From: Mobula birostris | Lineage: Eukaryota | Length of the DNA: 64,000 nucleotides | Reading direction: 5' to 3' | Assembly: GCF_030028105.1 (NCBI RefSeq) | Contig: NC_092390.1 | Coordinates: forward strand, 17,892,072 to 17,956,071 | In this document: positions 12,351-24,250 of the stretch, one piece after another | How positions within the stretch are numbered: position 1 is the first letter of the stretch | How the letters are laid out: every line of letters begins with the position of its first letter | The notes under the pieces: model-generated | What the model saw: only the letters and a program-made list of their open reading frames with translations | What the model was told of the DNA's origin: nothing | The model's database searches: none | Translations under genes and position numbers: made by a program

Positions 12351-13263
12351 GAATCTGAGTATACTCGGCAAGTCGGACAGTGCCCGTGGAGAAAGAGAAA
12401 ATGGGTTAAGCTTACAGAGCAATCACATGACATGAGAAATGGGCATTGCTGATACAAGCTGGAGAGGCTGGTTATTTGAAGTTGTTGAAGGGCACAAGAC
12501 CTTGGTGAGACCTCACCGTGAGTTCTGTGTGAGGTTTCGTCTCCTTACCCGAGAAAGGACGTTCTCACTCTGGAGGGAGAATAGTGATAGTTCACCATCT
12601 AATTCCTGGGATGGCAGGAATAAGAGTGATTCCAGAATGGAGCAGGATTGGGTCAACTGGACAAGAGTTTAATAGATTAAATGGGCTAGAACCTGGAGCC
12701 ACTGGCTAGTTCACCGTCTGATTCCTGGGATGGCATAGCTGGCCCATGGAAGGAGATTGGGACAACTGTACAAGAGTAGTAGACTTACTGGACTAGAAAC
12801 AGGTGCCATAGCTCAGTTGGAACTGAGATAAGAGGACATTTCATCATCAGAGGGTGGGGAAGTAGTGAAAATCCCCACCAGATGAATCTATGGAGAACAG
12901 CTCAGTCTATTTTTTGAAGGGGGAGTCAGATAGTATTTTAAAGGCTAAAGAGACTATGGGATGTGCACAGACAGTCAGAAGCATATTGAATGATGGAGCA
13001 GGCTTCAACAGCTATCTCCTGCTCCTGGTTTATAAGTTCCTATAAGGTCTCGGGGACTGCACTGTGTCTGGTCAGAAGACGAGGAGCTGTTGCCAGAGGC
13101 AACATTGGGCTTCTTTCGAACAGTGTAGGACCCTGGAGACAGAGAGCTCAGACTGGGAGTGGATGGAGAACTAAAGTGAGTGGAGATTGGAAGACGTCCT
13201 TCGCTGATGATTGGAGGTGTTCTACAGGGCGGCTGTCAAGCCTGTGTTTGCTTTAGCAGCTTA

Positions 13264-14018
13264 AGACTGATTTATTCTTGTGCATCAAATGTATGCCATA
13301 GGTACGGCGTAGCCACGTACCCTACGCTGTACTCTACGCCCATCCCTACGCCGGAGACTAACGTGCACCTCTCCGAAAATGTAACTACGCGTCGCGGCGA
13401 CGCAGACCGCAACAACTGTGATTGGTCCGCTTGGTAGCATCGCATTTCCTCATACGCTGCAGTAGCTTCCCATTGGGTGACTGAAGGGCAGGGAAGGAAC
13501 TCTGGCTGCAATGCTTTCCATAAAGCTTTACAGACCTCCGAAATTATGGAGGACCCTGTGCTTGACGCCAGTTTGTAGCTGGCTGCTACAGTCTGTGGAC
13601 TTCCACCTGAAGCTAAAACTCGAATGGTGATTGCCAGTCTCTGAGTATACTGTGCGTACACTGATGCGAAATAAATGTTTGGAGATGATGAACCAAATGG
13701 TCAAATCTACCTGCCGACATCCGAAAATATTTGAAATGTATATCCTCGTCCATGTCTCTCAGTGGCTGGACAAGCACAGGAAATTCACCCTCCTTCAGTT
13801 TCAGTTGCCATTGTTTGAAGTTTGAGTTTCTTCGTGTTGAGTTTCAACATGAAGAAACTCAACACAGTGGCATAGAAACCCCACCGCCAACTAGCGTTTT
13901 GGCAGTGAACTGCAGAGCGACGCAGACACACCAACGCACAAGTATAAATGCTCACAACAGCGTAGCCCACTTGCGTAGGCTACGGCGTAAGCTAGTACAC
14001 ACAAGTATAAATCAGCCT
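13264..14018 (-). mobile_element. PIF/Harbinger-derived non-autonomous DNA transposon
   Basis: TIRs AG(A/G)CTGATTTAT(T/A)CTTGTG...CACAAGTATAAATCAGCCT; HARBI1-like transposase fragment [13 protein letters not shown]...[19 protein letters not shown]. Confidence 0.85.
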
Positions 14019-14506
14019 CTGGGGATGGAAGAATGGATGCTTTGGAATGCGCAGATTGGAAGTGTGTCCAGTGGTAACTCCAGAAATATGGAGCCTCAGT
14101 TGAACGGGGAAGCTGGGGAAATGGGAAACCCTGTGATAGTTCTGCGTGGAGGACGGGATGAGAGCAGAAGTGTGGGATATGAAGACGTGACTCTTGGTGG
14201 TGGGAGGGGAGATTATGGTTATGGAACCAGTGGAGTGGGTAATGCTACAATCAGAGGAGAGGGAACTGGAGGTAGTGTGAGAATGGCTGGTTATCTGAAG
14301 GTGTTGAATGGTACAGGACCTTGATAAGACCTGTAAGCCCGAGTTCAGTGAGGCTGGCTGGAGGAGGTGCAGTCACCAAGTCTGTGGTCTCGTGGTGGAA
14401 ACTGCTGGCCAGCCAAGTGACCAGAGACAGTGTCAGGGATGTGGAGGAAGGAAAGGTCAGAGATAGACAACAGGAAAGGGAGGGTGCAGAGATACTTGCA
14501 CCAATA

Positions 14507-15085
14507 TGTTACAGCCCAGCCCTGTTTAACAGGGAGATGGTTCCTGTTACAGCCCAGCCCTGCCTAACAGGGAGATGGTTCCTGTTACAGCCCAGCCCTG
14601 CGTAACAGGGAGATGGTTCCTGTTACAGCCCAGCCCTGCGTAACAGGGAGATGGTTCCTGTTACAGCCCAGCCCTGCGTAACAGGGAGATGGTTCCTGTT
14701 ACAGCCCAGCCCTGCCTAACAGGGAGATGGTTCCTGTTACAGCCCAGCCCTGCCTAACAGGGAGATGGTTCCTGTTACAGCCCAGCCCTGCCTAACAGGG
14801 AGATGGTTCCTGTTACAGCCCAGCCCTGCCTAACAGGGAGATGGTTCCTGTTACAGCCCAGCCCTGCCTAACAGGGAGATGGTTCCTGTTACAGCCCAGC
14901 CCTGCCTAACAGGGAGATGGTTCCTGTTACAGCCCAGTCCTGCGTAACAGGGAGATGGTTCCTGTTACAGCCCAGTCCTGCGTAACAGGGAGATGGTTCC
15001 TGTTACAGCCCAGTCCTGCGTAACAGGGAGATGGTTCCTGTTACAGCCCAGTCCTGCTTAACAGGGAGATGGTTCCTGTTACAGC
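14507..15085. repeat. 38-bp minisatellite, ~15 copies (CCTGTTACAGCCCAGCCCTGCGTAACAGGGAGATGGTT)
   Basis: Near-identical tandem units with an internal inverted repeat CCTGTTAC/GTAACAGG. Confidence 0.97.
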
Positions 15086-15169
15086 ACACTCCTGTTCTCA
15101 CTGTTAGTCTACACTCTGTCCCCTGAAGTATTTGTTGTACAAGGTGATAGGTCCCTCACTGACACTCAC

Positions 15170-15304
15170 CTCCAGTGCATCGAGGAAGAATGCAATTTCT
15201 GCTCCCACCACACGGACGTTCTGCGCAGCCTGGCTAAACACACATTGAGAGCCACCATTCCAGTCCACACTGATGCAGTTGACACCATCCACTTGTAGAA
15301 TAGT
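15170..15304 (-). CDS. Lipase coding exon (TILQVDGVNCISVDWNGGSQCVFSQAAQNVRVVGAEIAFFLDALE)
   Basis: 135 bp; acceptor ctctttcaag, donor gtgagt. Confidence 0.95.
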
Positions 15305-15649
15305 CTTGAAAGAGAGAGCAGAGACTGAGATCGGTCAGATCCCCACTGCACGGCAGCACCCACCACCGGAGGTCAGACGGCACGGAAATCAGCCACTCGG
15401 CCCATCCCTTGCATGCTATAATCCAGCCTCAAACCCTTTCCCTCCCATCCAGATTCCAACTTCCCCAAGAAGTGTCAGCTCTGGGTGGATAAATGCCCAA
15501 ATTTTTATCTGATGCCCGATCCCAGGAGTGATCGCTTTTCAGGTATTGTGAAAGTATTTAAAGTGAAAGTTTACACATTTTTAAAGTTCTCATACACTGA
15601 CGGTCGAAGAGATTAAGTCCAAATTTCTGTGAGTGTCGTGTAATTCAAT

Positions 15650-16170
15650 AGGACAGCAGGGGAACAGGCTCTTCGGCCTGTCAGTTGCAGACCGTCCATA
15701 TCCCCCATTCCCTGCCCCTTTACTTGTCTGTCTAAATGCTTCATTAATACTGCTGTCATATCTAGTTCTACCAACTCTCGGCCAAAGTTCCAGGCACCCA
15801 CCACTCTCTGTTTTTAAAAAAAACTTGCCTCACAAATCTTGTTTTGACTTCCCTCCTCTCACCACAAGCCTATGCATTCACGTATTTGACATTTCCGCTC
15901 TGGGACAAAGACTCTATCAACCCTTTCCATGCCTCTCATCGTTGTGTATAGTTTATTTAGGTCAGCCCTCAGCTTCTGAGACTCCAAACAAGTCATTCTA
16001 AATCTGTCCAAGCTGGTACTCACTAATCCAGGCAACACCATGGTGAACCTCTTCTGCACCCTCTCCAAAGTCTCCACGCCCTTCTGTAATGAGGTGACCG
16101 GAACTGAACGCACATACTCCAGGTGCAGTCTAACCCAAGTTTTATATAGATGCAACGTGGATTGCTATTC
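15650..16170 (-). mobile_element. CR1 LINE 3' fragment
   Basis: LYKTWVRLHLEY..LERVQKRFT (ORF 15859-16155). Confidence 0.8.
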
Positions 16171-16516
16171 TTTATATCAGTGCCCCAATGTATCCCCACT
16201 TCCAGGGCTCCACTCCGGACTTGCTTCCAGAGCCTTTGTCTTCACCTTGTTCACTGCCCTACTTGCATCACTTCAGTAAACTATAGACTCACTCCCAAAA
16301 TCCCTCTGCACATCAGCGTTCCTCAGGGCCCTGCCATTTACTTCCTTTTACATGTGACCTCACTTTGTTCAGATTCAACTCATCTTTCATTTCTCCACAC
16401 TCATTTCCAGCCGGTCTATATCACACTATGTCCTTTGACACATTTCTTCACCATCCATATTCTCTGCATACTTTCTAATCAGATCACTAGCATCTTTGTC
16501 GGTATAGATGTCTGGT

Positions 16517-16776
16517 GATGGTTGGTTGGCATCTCTGTCTGTTTCGAAGGACAATGGGTGATGATAATCATCACAAGCCTGGCCAGAGGGTATGGAGATC
16601 CTGAGATGCCCAGTTGTCGAGATCCCCCTCTTGGCCTCACCAGTGCAGTCCAAAGGAAACTTTATGAAGAAATACATTTGGCACCAGCTTGGCTGCAGGA
16701 GCTGCTGGAAGGATGTTCCTTGATGTTCAGCCGGACTTGCTGTCTGGGTTTACTCCCGTAGCCTTCATCTCTTCCA
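16517..16776 (-). mobile_element. Short RTE-derived retroposon with 11-bp target-site duplication
   Basis: AGATGTCTGGT at 16506-16516 and 16777-16787; shares CGGGAGTAAACC and GCTGGT.CCAAA with the element near 25740-26300. Confidence 0.6.
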
Positions 16777-16781
16777 AGATG

Positions 16782-17524
16782 TCTGGTAATTAGGACACAT
16801 TGGGGCCAGTGCATTTTGGCCCAATTAAGCACCTGCCCTAATTAGCCAAAGTTTCATGGAAATAGTTAAAAAAAAGACAAGCCACCATTAACTGAGTAAC
16901 AAATTATGTATTTAAATGAAAGGCAGAACAAATCAGTACACTATCAGTACTACTACAGTACTTTAATGGTTATCATCAGATGAATGAATCCTGTGTTCAC
17001 TGCCATCTTCTTCTGATTAACTGTAAATGAACAAAATCAGCGTAGACACCTGGTGCAGATCGTGGACTGTCTTCATATAATCCTTTCGAGGATTGCATTC
17101 TCCAAATCTTCATTTTCATTGTTACGTGTAAGAGGATTATTGATACCTTCAAGTTCTTCATCGTTCCTAACTTGTTGAAGTAGTGAAATCGTTTTATTTT
17201 CACTCCTAGGTGTATCTGGCATCTCCAAGCCCGAGTGTTTGAAACTTCAGTGAGCAAAGCAGTTCTGAATTGTCTTACTGCTTATTTCTCACCAACTATC
17301 ACTGCTTTTTGGACACAAACACACTCACCTGATGCTATTTAAAAACTGTTCACTGAGCACACAACTGACGCTAGTTAGAAACCATTTGCCAATAGGGTCC
17401 TGCCCCAATTAAGCGACATAGTGCCCCAGAGAAATAAATGAAACACTGGCTGTTTTCTAGATTATTTTTTGTTCTTTAAGAATTGGTCCAATTACCCAAT
17501 GTCCCAATTAGCTGGAATCCACAG
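16782..17524. mobile_element. Tigger/pogo-like MITE remnant
   Basis: Terminal inverted GGTAATTAGGACA...TGTCCCAATTAGCTGGAATCCAC followed by TA; several internal CCCAATTAAGC repeats. Confidence 0.55.
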
Positions 17525-18369
17525 TAATTTATATAAAATCACAAAGAACAGATATTCCAGCACTGATCCCTGCAGAACACATTGGTCACAGACCTCCAGC
17601 CATAAAAACACCCCTCTACCATTACCACCAGTTTTCCCTGGACAAGTTAATTCCAGATACAATTTACCAGATCCACACTTTACACTGTGGATTCTACGTG
17701 CCCTGATCATCTAGACCAGGCTACCATGAGGGAACATGTTGAACATTTCACTTAAGTGAACTGCTCCAGCCCGATCAGTCATCTTCATCATATCCTTAAA
17801 ATACTCAAACAAGTTTGTTAGATAGGCTGTCTGCCGTACAATGCCATGCTGACTATCACTAATAAACCAAGAAGTTTCCAAATGTGAATAAATCCTGTCC
17901 CTGGGAATCTTCAATAATTTCTCGATCATTGATATAATGCTGGGATGGAATAGGCGCCCTCCCTTGGTTCATCTAATCTGCCCATCATCCCTTCCCTCAC
18001 CCTCCAACCACAGTAGTGTAGCGGTTAGAGTGATACTGTTGCAGCTCGGGGCGTTGGAGTTGGGAGTTCATTCCTGGCGTCCTCCGTAAGGAATGTCGGT
18101 ACGTGCTCCCTGTGGGATGTGCGGGCTGCCCTAGCTTCCTCCCACACTCCAAGACCTTCCCGGCAGGTTAGCTGGACATTGTACATTGTCCTGTGATTAG
18201 GTTGGGGTTAAATCGGGGTTGTGAGAGGTTGCAGAAGGGCCTATTCTGCACAAAATCTCTAAATAAATAAATCCCTCCTGTAAGGTCACTGCTCCCCAAA
18301 CAGATTCACCAGTCCTAGAGGAAAGGCAATTTTCTTCACACCACATCACACACCGACCTGCTCCTCTCA

Positions 18370-18712
18370 CCTCACTCACACTGTCAGATCACACCTCACA
18401 CACAACTCACTCAGACTGTCAGATCACACCTCACACTGACGCAGATCACTCCTCACATACACAACTCACACTGATACACAGATCACAGCTCACACTGACA
18501 CAGATCACACCTCACACACACCTCACTCTGACTGTCAGATCACACCGACACAGATCGCACCTCACACTGACACACACACCTCACACTGATACAGCTCACA
18601 ACTCGCACTGACACACAGGTCACACCTCACGCCTCACACTGACACACACACACTTCACACTGATACAGCTCACACCTCACAGCGACACACGGCTCACAAC
18701 TCACACCGCACT
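18370..18712. repeat. Degenerate CA-rich tandem repeat (CACACCTCACACTGACACAGAT-like)
   Basis: Direct reading; abuts the donor side of the 126-bp lipase exon. Confidence 0.85.
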
Positions 18713-18729
18713 GTGCCCCCAACTCCCAC

Positions 18730-18855
18730 CTTGCACAGATCCACAACCCATTGGGAATCTCCATTTTTCAGATGTCCGTGGACGACCAGGACACTCTTCT
18801 GATTGGTGTCAAAGTTAGAGGCGGCAACCGTCTGCGGATCTGTCCCGCTGATTTC
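18730..18855 (-). CDS. Lipase coding exon (EISGTDPQTVAASNFDTNQKSVLVVHGHLKNGDSQWVVDLCK)
   Basis: 126 bp; acceptor tctctgcag, donor gtggga; not in the ORF track, read by hand. Confidence 0.92.
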
Positions 18856-20289
18856 CTGCAGAGACAACACGATTAAAACTCTTTAAGTGAGATCGCGTAT
18901 CCCTGGCCTGGTTGCAGAGTGGGTCATGGGCAGGAGCAGCCACAAACAGGGAGAGAGGATGGGGACCGAGGGGGGAAAGTGGGTGAAGGACAGCCCTTCT
19001 CCTGAACTCCTCGCTCTGGGAGAGAAACCTCTGGCTCTGGGTGAGAAAAGACGGAGCTCCACTCTCACCCTACAGTCGTGGTTTGACCACAGCTCAAGGC
19101 TCTACTAAGGGATCCGTAAAACCACACACCACAAAACATAGGAGCAGAATTAGACCATTCGTCCCATCGTGTCTGCTGCTCCGGTCCATCACGGCTGATT
19201 TATTATGATCCCTCTGAATCCTGCTATCTCCCCGTGTGCCTTTACCAATCAAGAACATATCAACCTCAATGTACCCAATGGTTTGGCTTCCACAGCCGTC
19301 TGGAATAATAAATTCCACCGATTCATTGCCCCCTGGCCAAAGAAATTCATCCTCTTCTCTGTTCTGAAGGGAGAACAGAGAAGAGGGGTCCTTCTATTCT
19401 GAGACAGCACACTCTGGTCCTAGACTCCTTCACTATTGGAGCCATCCTCGGCAAGATCACTCTATCTGGCCCTTTCAATGCTTTCCTAAATTCCAGCAAG
19501 TACAGACCTAGAGCCATTAAATGCCCCTCGTACGGCACTGCCTCACACCAGGGTCCCTGTAGTTACAGGAGCAACGCGGAAACGTAACTGCGCGCAACAA
19601 GATCCCACAAAGAACAACAACGCTTATTGCTGTGTACCTGTCCAAACATCCTTTAAGCATTGTAATTGTACCCTCCTCTGGCATCTTGCTCCATATACCC
19701 GCCACCCTGTGCTTCGCAAACTTACCCCTCAGATTCCCTTCTCACCTGAAACTATGCCTTCTTGCTTTAGACTCCCCCACTCAGGGAAAGACCACGATCG
19801 GCCGCGTCAGACGACATGGCAAACGACGAGCGAGAGAACGCCGGGAAAACGACCGTGACCATCCACCTTATCTACACAGTCGATGGTTTTATAAACTTCT
19901 GTCACCCTGCCCCACACCCCAGTGTGGCGGCCAGCGCAATGCTTTACGGTGCCAGCAATCGGCTTGTAATTCCCGCCGCCGTCTATAAGGAGTGTACGTT
20001 CTCTCTGTGACGGCGTGCGTTTCCGCTGGTTTCATCCCACGTTCCAAAAACGTATGGTTAGGGTTCGTGTGTTGGAGGCAGGCACTACAATTTACTGTAT
20101 GTCTCAATATATGTGATAAATAAACTCTGTAAACTTTATCTTTATCTCCTCCTCTCCAGGGAAAACAGTCCCAGCCTGTCCTGTGTCCCACTGTAACTCG
20201 AGCTTTCCAGACCGGGCAACGATCTTTTCTGAACCGTCCCTAGATTAAAAGCACCTTCGGCTGTTTGGCCTGGGTGAAGGTGGTGTTAC

Positions 20290-20450
20290 CTGGAAGTTGT
20301 CGGGGTTCTGCCTGGTGTAGAGCAGGAAACGGGTGCCGATTTTCTCAGGGCTCCAGGGGACCCTGGCAACGGGTCTTTCCTTGGTCCCTGTCCATGGGTA
20401 TCCACGGGCGAAACAGCCCAGCCTATCGTAGCATATTTCATCCGGTCCAC
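20290..20450 (-). CDS. Lipase coding exon ([54 protein letters not shown])
   Basis: 161 bp; acceptor gtgttggcag, donor gtaaca; typical mature N-terminus of pancreatic lipases. Confidence 0.94.
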
Positions 20451-21812
20451 CTGCCAACACTGAGACACAATGAGGTACCAATGAAGTGCAGTCACTGGGT
20501 GACGAACAAGCTCTCCTGTACGCCTGTCACACCGCAACCGTACCTAGCTGATTACATCTTGATGCCCAGGCTCCCAAATCAACACCCTCACCATCACTCT
20601 GCCTTCCCAGATGCTGCCTGACTCGCTGAGTTCATCCAGCAGTTTGCTTTTCACTTCAAATTCCCGCGTCTGCAGTGCCCCGTGTCTCCGAACTTGCAGA
20701 GCTGTGGTTCCCTTTGTTACCCCCACTCTGTAGCGGTCACTACTCTCCCGCCCCCCGCCGTTCTACCCTCCAGATCCAAAACTTTGCTCCCTAACGTATC
20801 CGATCTGGTCCCAAGTTCGCCATTCGCATTTCTGACTCTGACCGTCATCAGCTTCTGAATTCAGTTCACATTTTAAAACGGTATCATGAAAAACTCTGCT
20901 GGAATATTGAGTTCAGTCTGGTCACCTCATTATAGGAAGAATGTGAATGCTTTAGAGAGGGCGGAGAGGAGATTTATGAGGATGCTGCCTGGATTAGGGA
21001 GCATGTTTTATGAGGAGTGGTTGAACATGCTAGGGATTTTTGCTTTGGGGTGAAGGAGGATGAGAGACGACTTGGTAGAGGTGTACGGGATGTTAGGAGA
21101 CACAGAGCGGTCAGTAACCATCTTTTTCCCTAGAGTGGAAATGGCTAATATGAGAGAGCATAATTTTAAGGTGACTGGAGGAAAGTATTGGGGGGGGGGG
21201 GGTTAATAGGTGCTTTTTTTAATATAGAGAATATCGTTTTTTATAGAGTGGGAATGGAAAGAGCGTGGAACACACTGCCAGGGGCATAGCCGTGCAGGCA
21301 GACACATTAGGGACATCATTAAGAGACTCTGAGATAAGCACATGGATGAAAGAACAATGCAGATCTATGTGGGAGGGAAGTGTTAGATTGATCATGTAGG
21401 TCAGCACAACATTGCGGGCCGAAGGGTCTGTACTGTGCTGTAAGTTCTATGTTCCATAAAACTCTCATTCCTGTTTCCTATCCCCCATGCCTGCCCACTT
21501 CCCTGCCATTGTCCCCTCCAGCAACTTTACAACAAATCTCTGTCTGACTCTAATTCTCGCCTCCTGGCCTCAAATTTATCTCCCCTGGGCTAAGTCCCGA
21601 GATCTGGAACTCTCCACCTAATCCTGCTCCGCTTCTCTCTACTCCGTGAAGGCGTTCCTTAAAGCCAATTTCTGCCTTTATTTCACTGCCTGATTCAATT
21701 AAATTTTATCTATGACTGCAAGCCCACCCATAATGCAGGGGGGGAACACCGTATCTCTCAGTTTAAACACCGAAGGAACCAAGCCATTAACAAATGCTTT
21801 CTGGTCAGTTAC

Positions 21813-21861
21813 CGTTGGCTCTGGTGAGAAGGAAAGTGATGGGGATCCACAGACTCAGCAT
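21813..21861 (-). CDS. Lipase signal-peptide exon (MLSLWIPITFLLTRANG)
   Basis: 49 bp; ATG directly after acceptor tttctctttcag, donor gtaact; phase 1 fits the next exon; same layout as PNLIP-family exon 2. Confidence 0.88.
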
Positions 21862-22619
21862 CTGAAAGAGAAACGGAGCTGCTTCAAACACTCCTGTGGA
21901 GTGACGGATTCTTAAAATGCTCACACTGACAATAACTTAAACCACGGGATTGTGTTCTCCAGAGAAATAACAGGAAACTCTGCAAAAACAAGCTCTTCCA
22001 AAGGCTCGATGAGCTGAATATGAGGGATTTCCTGTGCGACAAGTCTAGGACATGGGGAACATAGTCTGAGAACAGGTCACCTGCTTAGCACAGAGATAAG
22101 AAAGTTCTTCATTCAGAGCCAGTGAAACTTTGGATTTGTCTTCCTGGAGGAAGGTCATGGAGGCTGAACTTACTCCACTTACAGATCAATAGATCTCTGG
22201 ATATTGAGGGAATCAAGTAATATTGCAGGGAGATGGTGCCATGGTAGACCAGCCAAGTTATGATGTCTGGTGGGACAGGTTTATGGGCCAGGCAGGTCAC
22301 CTTGTTCTGCTGTTCTTTCTGCTCCAGTACTGGATAGGTGGTGTCAACTGTGAACCAGATGTTGAATCTGATCCCACCTATCTCTCAGGGAGAAGATCCC
22401 AGATCACATCCCACTGCATTAAACCTATCTCCACATGAGTGCTTATCCCCTGAAATCCACTCCACGAGGGGGACCTGCTACCTGTGGGGAGGGGATGCTG
22501 GGTTGCAGGAGGAGTCCATGTGACAGGGCAAGCTGGGGAGGCTTCACCCAAAAGCTTTGATGGGGGCACATTAGATTATTTTCCTTTGGAACGCAGGAAG
22601 ATGAGAGGACAGTTAATCA

Positions 22620-24250
22620 AGCTAATTGGCAGGAGGTAAAGAGTGGGAATAAGTGGAACCTTTTCTGATTGGCCGCCGGTGACTCGTGTTGTTCCACAGC
22701 GGTCAGTGTTAGGACCCCAGTTTTTACATTGTATGTCAGTGACGGAATTGATCACTCTGTGGCCAGGTTTGCAGATGATACGAAGATAGGTGGAGGGGCA
22801 GATAATGTTGAGAAAGCAGGGAGGTTGCAGAAGGACTTGGACAGATTAGGGGAATGACAAAGAAGTGGCAGATGGATTACAGTGCTGGGAAATGTATGGT
22901 CATGCACTTGGTAGGAGGAATAAAAACGTAGACTGTTTTCTAATTGGGGAGAAAATTCAAAAGTCAGAGGTGCAAAGGGGCTTGGGAGTCCTCACAAAAG
23001 ATTCCCTAAAGGTTGATTTGCAGGTTGGGTCAATGGTGAGAAAGTTAAATATAATGTTAGCGTTCATTTCAAGAGTTAATAGATGTTGTTTGCTTGGATT
23101 TTCAGAAGGCCTTTGACAAGGTGCCACAGATGAGGCTGCTTAACAAGTTAAGAGCCAATAGTATGGCAGGACAGATGCTAGCATGGATAGCTGATTGGCT
23201 GATCGGGGGAGGCAAAGAGGGAATAAAGGAGCCTTTTCTGTTTGGCTACGGTTGACTAGTGGTGTTTGCAGGGGTCGGTGTTGTGACCACTTCTTTTCAC
23301 GTTACGTGTCAGTGACTTGGATAACAGAATTGATGGCTTTGTGGCCAAGTCTGCGGGTGATACGAAAATAGATGGAGGGACAGGTAGTGTTGAGGAAGCA
23401 GGGAGTCTGTAAAAGGACTCAGGCAGATTGGGAGAATGGGAAAAGAAGTGGCAGATGGAATATAATGTAGGGAAGTGTATAGTCAGGTAGTTTGGTGGAA
23501 GGAATATAGACATAGACTATTTTCTAAAGAATCATGGGGTGCAAAGGGACTTCGGAGTCCTTGGGCGGGATTCCCTAAACTTGCAGGTTGAATCAGCGGT
23601 AAGGAAGGCAAGTACAATGTTCGCAATAATTTCAAGAGGTCTAGCATATAAAAGCAAGAATGTAATGCAAACACGATGGAATCTGCAGATGCTGGAATTT
23701 CAAGCAACACACGTCAAATTTGCTGGTGAACGCAGCAGGCCAGGCAGCATCTCTAGGAAGAGGTACAGTCGACGTTTCGGGCCGAGACCCTTCGTCAGCA
23801 CTAACTGAAAGAAGAGCTAGTAAGAGATTTGAAAGTGGAAGGGGGAGGGGGAGATCCGAAATGATAGGAGAAGACAGGAGGGAGAGGGATGGAGCCAATG
23901 TAATGCGGAGGTTTTATAAGACATTGGCCAGTCTGCACGGAGTATTGTGAGCAGTTTTCAGCCCCATATTTAAGAAAGGACGTATTGACATCGGAGAGGG
24001 ATCAGAGGAGGTTCACTAGAATGATTCTGTGAACGAAAGATTTATCATATGAGGAGCGTTTGATGGTTCTGCGCGTTTACTCATTGGAATTTAGAAGAAT
24101 GTGGAGAGGGGGTATCTCATTGAAACCTTTTGAATGTTGAAACGCTTAGAAAGAGTGGATGTGGAGAGGTGGGGGAATCTGGAACCAGAGGACACAATCC
24201 CAGAATAGAAGGACGCTCATTTAGAACGGAAATGAGGAGGAATTTCTTTG
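22620..24250 (+). mobile_element. Degenerate CR1 RT fragments (two overlapping copies) interrupted by a Penelope terminal-repeat fragment at 23669-23896
   Basis: RFADDTKIGG..LQKDLDRLGE. The insert is flanked by a 10-bp duplication AATGTAATGC (23659 and 23897). Confidence 0.8.

Noticed and set aside
13731-14324. 197-aa ORF
   Set aside because: Spans a Harbinger end and decayed repeat sequence; no coherent homology.
14507-15085. CRISPR-like array of palindromic 38-bp repeats
   Set aside because: No unique spacers, no cas genes, and the context is a vertebrate intron.
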